DNA of 64,000 bases from a virus. How positions within the stretch are numbered: position 1 is the first letter of the stretch; every line of letters begins with the position of its first letter. The translations under genes and the position numbers were made by a program. This document shows, one piece after another, positions 61,701-64,000 of this stretch. Location of the stretch: positions 11,677 through 75,676 of IMG/VR virus record IMGVR_UViG_3300033151_000166; one strand, given 5' to 3'. The notes beneath the pieces are model-generated. The model saw only the letters and a list, made by a program, of their open reading frames with translations. It made no database searches and was not told the DNA's origin.

Positions 61701-62325
61701 GAGAAGTTTTAAATGAACTATTGATTAATGGTGTCTTTCTACGTGTAGCTACCATCTTGTTAGTAATCTCTGGACTCTCTAACATAGCTGACACAAGCTG
61801 TTCTACTCTGGCTACATAGTCTTTTGATATAGGACTATCTATAGGGAGTTTCTTAGCTGAAGCATACTTGTTCCAAGACTCTTGAATATTCTCTCTCTTG
61901 ACAAGATTTCTTATGGCACGTTTCTTACGTTCTGCCGGCATCAAAGGTGATGTAGCTCTGTTAGCCTTCTTATAAACATTCTCAATATGTTGAATAGTAA
62001 ACCCGTTAGTTACTGAATCGATCGGACCACGCTTTGACAGTTCTAGAAACTCACCTTTAAGACGCTTGTCGTAAGCTGCTGATCTAGAACCTTTAACTTC
62101 GCCTAGTGCTGAGCGTCTAATGTTATCGTACTCTACACTAGATGGTAAGTTTACAGCGTCTAATGCTTTGATACCATTAGACTGTAATAAAGTTTTGGCA
62201 TGCTTCGCGTCTAAAGCAAAGTTACCTTCTGGTGATCTAACGTAGATCTTGTCAGCACCATAGATAACTTCTACACCTGGCTTCTTAGCCATAGCTCGTA
62301 GGTTGTCTAAATTTTGTTTTGTCAT
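49780..62325 (-). CDS. Giant tape measure protein (4181 aa)
   Basis: TP901-type core (FDDAMGNLQAITG..TKFSALEIADA..LGQAGF), Gly/Ala hydrophobic stretch, 11-residue repeats, GEYVV C-terminal motif. Confidence 0.93.
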   Translation of the reverse strand: MTKQNLDNLRAMAKKPGVEVIYGADKIYVRSPEGNFALDAKHAKTLLQSNGIKALDAVNLPSSVEYDNIRRSALGEVKGSRSAAYDKRLKGEFLELSKRGPIDSVTNGFTIQHIENVYKKANRATSPLMPAERKKRAIRNLVKRENIQESWNKYASAKKLPIDSPISKDYVARVEQLVSAMLESPEITNKMVATRRKTPLINSSFKTSPGLKRLKNDHIDPTLSIGQDVMVLDGKAYLFSDRYVSDNAMAKTTASLKALFNTKDANLRGVNQVVAVTPKGYKRGFVKGEDTISVDGRRINVSGQYKKAYSTFAAAAADRASKPMDAMSSDLAYQSKQKLLEAQALDQLYEVSKVAISTANTGRPLTDMGTLTYDDMVAYSYGLKDSQVKYGALQKYTKMNGATLDTLLPRADKNSIVDAVDTFSTSLKHAEYGELANRHKNIVNTAKRLGVGLRTRDMFNKQGKKVGTEAYDVTSELYATDLRRMDPSQAYSVINAMEDTLVSTTELRGKRSFPNKELFRKELNSNPNKLARLLLQNENNPRFFENYGLLEKSLDNPLVNLEGTLNSKLISAMKREVLKDAYGGKTKPLGSQILAMAELLPENQRGSIKQGMSHFDFVNGVGKNLRKRVPRSAYETITDKRDYTGRRVMDNIIGFGKDGEPIHAEKLSALIDSPDIDYSVGPLQDGDINAKQADRINDRYKELKDNSKVSLERDEHYIAPTDKQLYQQAANENALALKYNSTTGDVKGLIDSFRDNPTPQDISKAVKMLSIFEHKKSGVSNPGSIRTRLKTLYSTMLENELDFKNNPQNVYTKLTPYMINNMSNTTSSDFTDITSSGKKLNNTGLVQFLDDNHADYSKLMQAYRGSESSTFRLVNSPNTTAIRNKILTALNPTNSIHTDPALYSQLTDYYKNTNILTNFDLAALGTIDQYTLGTTTSQAGPVLNRALDPNEVITSILKDHTASNSLRVRPQINQTRAQTIKRIESGNATTHNKNAAARFLADNDLLGAKGLDARSSHLANVGPGRLKAVGLSLNKSLADFLDAKATVDYNSGTMTAKQFKSPARDKLFKANVTSIAGSMTSNINDLIKQGRYASAEAQLGALESFAHDLDLGAKTKSPTSTTKRAADLFSVVTDGKLSERLDSAATRNIRNQVLTTAVSRGFVPYQEGFLEGTNTLKVDSLVARDLKDQFLSNDTLGTSTKKVLANVAFRDEILKNLRFRGIEQQDAEFKRFTGDTTVKYTTKPESRFFTDEDYRTKYLARLDAENKPQVKQEALKSFATYENSTSSRARGKTNPLAPRRLRKGVSVAEAGKNIRRHNDQVSGNSRTQDLEELRKAFGSSFTMLNSGGKIPGKGHKDEVPALLTKGEVVVDRKTSERLGIHTQADYDRFKGAVQDGTIGKFSTGGPVNYFTAEDIFGPGFDPGPLGMSSATKPLPPVSITNINVPNGPGSGGSINNLSVDAEKLTVHMDKNSFSTFVDANGKKLDAGGASHLLNQLDDQTKAAKYQGVLSAQKYGFTTDEYKNITAGKIDSAIAAKIDAMDILDAEDLFGSGSEANKTFKNNLKSQVMTGPGGAAAAGPDTRSEKLRRSFNRLSGDDSKLFKQITGLDISSLDGIDDVEQKLAKFKDTVKDFKFDKSKIPTGETANRLRQFNNVLGTTASILGDEAFDNDFGKQKAGIDELKSGVGRSIGIKEGADARARQFGDMVKQNSLFAASYIGIGAVQGAIGSTIGFFADFDDAMGNLQAITGETTEGLNVMKDSVKQVSTETKFSALEIADASTILGQAGFGSTDIQKSLKGVVELATATGSKLEDSTQVLTSALTIWDNSITDSSKFANQFTAAINESKLDINALGLTLQYAGNIAASANVSVTDLVTSTSLLKDAGIKRGSTLGTGQRLLISDFANPSVKFSKSLDDVGITLTKFKKVFQTEGLEGTVKLMRDAGYGLASASQGMEVREKSIFLALSNQIDKFGSFRQSISDTNAAQVANATQMEAVGNKFKNMVNSWQISVNDTMENSAGITRTVLDALTVDIKEKDPTKSKLRKDSDLTVGEIPENGVSGMQALVTASVGAMLAAPAAKAYLGVAAQGGGVAGKLAGRAGGIAGVAGGAVAGGLFAAEGNALSGTILGGIAAGGLVLADKMADRFDARAEKAGKAPLSKGARYGLLGAAALGTSIVTDSAQAGGVVGAAGSGLTAGAIAGSLFGGPVGWAVGIATAGATLAGFFEEEAPTKGTYQALAVGVNELKASNTELEATYKAGLDVNSAGNYAIRPGKDDSDTEVRAKQALVTGGLDELDKATETLQAVVQSFTGTDTFGTISNRVSSYSEDELRGNKFTIDTFKSDGEKLVQAEELFTGTFTEAVQKMQFSLADAQSELINGTVGDKVYGSLLETEATGLESELEGAKNLTGVTNTISQHVVKPINDMAKSVPALFVKNFDANRELLKQGLDAGRESAGDLDSIFSNREARAYDSFATKQLAAFDQRFITAGFNATNPTAARQVGTHQLAKLLQDGMSQQDALSDKSIENTRSNFVTLTKKYGGINQLQDIANQGRVQLDDAQEKAVKVFRSLSKAVSGFVTGNTVSQGAELTQIGLDIGRDLIPAMKELTSSYRASANTYGTDITSISAKKLTKTFGHTVAQGLGNFLATNAFKDDPGTFKATAIGSVSTQGISNLTPTALKADQALVAALKESASQVDSFMTAANRLTSLAEAEQSGSSAYRFVQSKQRAVDKLGVASLGSANTLINQASTFASLDSQSTEQLRGNFGAKLQFQFDAAKTRGLRQIETQLGNQLTQIGVGYTRGLEDIGTNLSKQQRDLKTGYDNQVKAVGVRQGIALENIDIKFAQGVRDIGISRRQGLEDIALSKTQGLEDIATMVVQGQEDIMTRYTRQLESLNIRYDQTRDDIETKGVRGNRDIDTNEFRAYRDLSTRNDRTIAKIDLTLARGLEDLDLRRKYVLEDADTALKRGDRDIRISELRGEASIDRQFARNLDKIAISFERGMEDIATNQQRNMDKLQLSYARGVRDINNQFARGIEKINIDFERGQASIALSQRRGQQDIALSGTRGRQDIDLSNIRGQQDIATRQTRGLQDIATSFSRGVEKLGINTSRSNEDLNVKISRGLEDLNTNYERATEDINKSYAYKLADISKSYLRQVASSFRSYSHNLDQIRRSYNDNIASIGRGRSDALEAFNRSLDRPQVVTMDPGALLKVSDNLNDLSLAFDANKAALIANTSAVKQQIAILKSQEDITKQAYKDAYKKVGGQVYNDDGSVNQDFTDAYSNFIDSNSESVIDTMLEQAINRAFGGSGFDIQQALTSPEYFADQVSNPSTGVTTSSSIIGSGLSSDELAAALAGAGQGEVRISTTAGVILEAQGGMEGALFDLEGTMIQFDIKVREAGYQLQSALATASSNLSFALQEAAIKAKEAEEDAEEARRRSQESANEGFQRALEDLLIAQQRGSLDITTAFNRGMEDLVLSNKQANEDLILSLTRSQEDLATGVARAGEDLQLKLARAGEDLATKTRRASEDLKLNMQYAMDDLVRQMAYAGQDLRIRIQDAAYDLAVSIQNAINDLNLSKDRQTDDAEDSRDYARQELAIKIEQLQADLVTKTQDFINNATTSIERSEAKLIENDARARTDWNTAMLDGAADIRQAALDSKDTLKQQLEDSFIDAGKAFIRGIDEANRNKDQGFEDLDTKAERAGQALETSVERATAKLETSIDRAMESLINKTNDAIDASNKAYQENLTAMAVQYDEAGKGLLVHAEDAVQKLNTQITRSVEDANTRADQAKVQLEENLHNMAVNVTKTVTDGLNLWLDDVRAAKEAGVFKIAIDKAALETQLNDSLSKLQINQNLIVENVAAMYSAALSSDAMKQAVQTLGTDVGGQFTKIFTDTQTTVSKQMKSIDKAIKLSFDASVTATKGMVTKLETVTLSIEEIVRSNTKADLSPVVQNVALLGDAMLEMSKVGTETETAAKSLSVGAGSLTTSVKAVTVSLGEAAQIGPAMLALAQGIQISSYAAINSLGSMAYVGNTMEIMANQIAQAAYRAVATIQAATYTATNTGYRSKGGPITPLPSYASAGQAVAPGEYGGGDKYQYMLEAGEYVVRKEIVRDKGLAWFENLNAGINQEVQGGGSVTTGLPSSARDGINVNIGVSASVGIDSIEAHMDQIADGVKRVFEEYS

Positions 62326-62950
62326 TACATAGCTCCAATGAAGTTTGCCATAGTATCAAACCCCATCTTAGGTTTATCACTCGGCTTACGGGTGCTAGGC
62401 TGGTCTTTTAACTTATGACCATTTGCCTTCGCAGTTAATACAAACATATCAGAGAATTCGTTATTGGTGGTCTCTACTTTGAATTGTATTGCCTTCAGGA
62501 GTTCTTTTTGTGTACATAAGAACATAGCTCTAGTGGCTGCTTCAGGATGGAAATTATAAATCCAAAGGATTAGTTCTTCAAAGGGTTTACCGAGGAGTGT
62601 TTCTACTGTGGCGAGTTCAGCTGGTTCAGCTTCTCCGCCGCCATCTTGATCTTGGTTTGCCTGTTCAAAAAAAAATTTTCAAAGTAATTGAATACGTCTT
62701 CTAGCAGTACGTTTAGCTCAAGAATATCTAAAGTATCAAAAGCAGTGAATTCTTCTGTTAGTAGTCCTTGATCATCGCGCTTAGATAGACACAGCTTGTA
62801 TACGTACTCAGCCACATCAGGATTAGTAAACATAGCATACAAGTTATCATCTTGAAGAAGATACTTTTGAAGATCTTTCTGTATACCATAAGTAAGTTTA
62901 AAAGGGATTTTAGTAGTAGAGTCTACTACTGATAAGATATGTGTTTCCAT
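62325..62950 (-). CDS. Tail assembly chaperone GT, -1 frameshift product (~208 aa)
   Basis: Slippery A AAT TTT TTT TTG (9-T run, 62667-62675); the -1 frame FEQANQDQDGGGEAEPAEL... is open into ORF 62325..62525. Confidence 0.85.
62603..62950 (-). CDS. Tail assembly chaperone G
   Basis: Between the tail tube and tape measure genes; AAGGTGG RBS. Confidence 0.85.
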   Translation of the reverse strand: METHILSVVDSTTKIPFKLTYGIQKDLQKYLLQDDNLYAMFTNPDVAEYVYKLCLSKRDDQGLLTEEFTAFDTLDILELNVLLEDVFNYFENFFLNRQTKIKMAAEKLNQLNSPQ

Positions 62951-63015
62951 GGTTGTCCACCTTGTTTGATATTTTAAAGCGACCGCTAGGCGGACAGAAT
63001 AGCGGCCTCTTTAAA

Positions 63016-63041
63016 ATATCAAACCCCGAAGGGTTCGATAT
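63016..63041 (-). terminator. UUCG hairpin after the major tail gene (weak terminator)
   Basis: ATATCGAACCC-ttcg-GGGTTTGATAT then TTT on the - strand. Confidence 0.6.
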
Positions 63042-63048
63042 GGTTACT

Positions 63049-63882
63049 CTAGCAAGAAGTACTAGTAACACTCTTAGAAAGACGTCCTTGAACGAACTTC
63101 TTAAGCATTGCCTTCTTAGCCGGATCAGTACCAAACTTATCACAGTCGATTTCTGCCTGGCCTGGAGCAAGAGGTGTGATCGTATAAGCGAGACCACCAA
63201 ATGCATCAGTAGAGTTAGATACTTCAACTGTACCAGAAACTGTTGCTTTCCAAATGTCATAAACAAAAGGTTCACCATCAAGTGGCATGAAACCAACAAC
63301 TTGAACAGTGACTGGTGGAATAGCTGTCTCAGAACCAAGAATGATAGACTCAGTCTTAACTACACGAGAACCAGTTGCATAAGCACGTGGGATACCGTAA
63401 GTTAGTGTAAGTGTATCAGTTGACACAGAGGCAATTTGAGCTACATAAACATCATTCTTATCAGATTCACTCTGGATATAAATGTAATCATTAGCTGCAA
63501 AACCTGTACCACCAGAAGCAACAAGAACAAGATCAGTCGCTGCTGCTGCTGAGTCTGCACCAAGTGTGCTATCAGCTTCAGTAGCTGTCGCTGAACGAAG
63601 ATATGCATCTTTGTCACCATAAAGTAGTGCAAAGTTTGTAACCGTATACTCTGAGAATGTACCAGAAATAACTAGATCACGTGAAGAAACCGCTGTAGCG
63701 TATGTACGCTGTGGGAAACCTGCCTGAAGCTTTACTTCATTAGTAGTCATTGACACAGTACAATCTGTCATAAGACCAATACCATCAGCTGGAGATAACT
63801 CGCCTGCTTTAGTTAGGTCTGAAGATGCACGTAGGTCAAGGTCTCCAATGAAGAACTCTTGTGTTTTTGCTGTAGATGCCAT
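63049..63882 (-). CDS. Major tail tube protein
   Basis: Position, AGGAGG RBS, F.IGD..L, GIG.M.D..V, F.E.T.TNFALL.G, I.IWKA.V motifs. Confidence 0.85.
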   Translation of the reverse strand: MASTAKTQEFFIGDLDLRASSDLTKAGELSPADGIGLMTDCTVSMTTNEVKLQAGFPQRTYATAVSSRDLVISGTFSEYTVTNFALLYGDKDAYLRSATATEADSTLGADSAAAATDLVLVASGGTGFAANDYIYIQSESDKNDVYVAQIASVSTDTLTLTYGIPRAYATGSRVVKTESIILGSETAIPPVTVQVVGFMPLDGEPFVYDIWKATVSGTVEVSNSTDAFGGLAYTITPLAPGQAEIDCDKFGTDPAKKAMLKKFVQGRLSKSVTSTSC

Positions 63883-63922
63883 TTGTGGCCTCCTATGTTT
63901 TTTATTGCTTACAGTTGAATAA

Positions 63923-64000
63923 TTACATCGCAGCTGTGCCTGGATAGTCCCTATTAGTTAGTTCTTGCACCGAATCTTCTACTGGTTGTTGCAGCTCCAG
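63923..64000 (-). CDS. 3' end of an upstream gene (probably tail completion)
   Basis: Open frame LELQQPVEDSVQELTNRDYPGTAAM* from the window edge. Confidence 0.5.
   Translation of the reverse strand: MELQQPVEDSVQELTNRDYPGTAAM

Larger units (their letters stand above)
1..64000. mobile_element. Segment of a tailed dsDNA bacteriophage genome (siphovirus-type tail, apparently lytic)
   Basis: Tail tube/chaperone/tape measure/tip module, phage replication cluster, densely packed small ORFs, no host housekeeping genes, no integrase in the window. Confidence 0.97.

Noticed and set aside
51266-63632. Many short + strand and alternative-frame ORFs within tail genes
   Set aside because: Shadow ORFs arising from the codon bias of the real - strand genes
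1-64000. TAG stop-codon reassignment (TAG/CTAG-rich sequence)
   Set aside because: Conserved enzymes and the 4181-aa gene are intact in the standard code, and TAG ends genes followed immediately by new starts

Overview
The whole window is part of a large dsDNA tailed-phage genome with a siphovirus-type (non-contractile) tail. No integrase, tRNA, rRNA or CRISPR array is visible, and capsid, terminase and lysis genes are not recognisable in it. There are two converging transcription arms. The + strand (about 1.9-32.5 kb) carries small early or host-takeover ORFs, then replication and nucleotide genes: ATP-dependent ligase, dimeric dUTPase, AEP primase-helicase, SNF2 helicase, a truncated sigma70, a putative SSB, dNMP kinase, 5'-3' exonuclease, family A polymerase, a ThyA-like enzyme, dCMP deaminase, DHFR, a resolvase and SbcCD. 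This arm has 12-13 copies of an extended -10 promoter, ACTTGTGATATAAT. The - strand (64-32.5 kb) carries the tail module: tube, a -1 frameshifted chaperone, a 4181-aa tape measure, tip proteins and fibres. A partial beta-helix-like gene lies at the left edge. The promoter and RBS style and the dUTPase type suggest a Campylobacterota-like host (inference only). The most notable candidate novelty is a ~500-nt non-coding array of packed hairpins (16.56-17.05 kb). Several of its loops read CAT...CCT, antisense to an SD-spacer-start codon, which suggests a multiplexed phage sRNA array that silences translation. Other leads: a ThyA homologue with the Asn-to-Asp dCMP-specificity switch, a sigma factor apparently split over two distant genes, a mirror-symmetric giant tape measure protein, and a probable long terminal repeat or packaging region. 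All calls were made by eye, with no searches or folding software.
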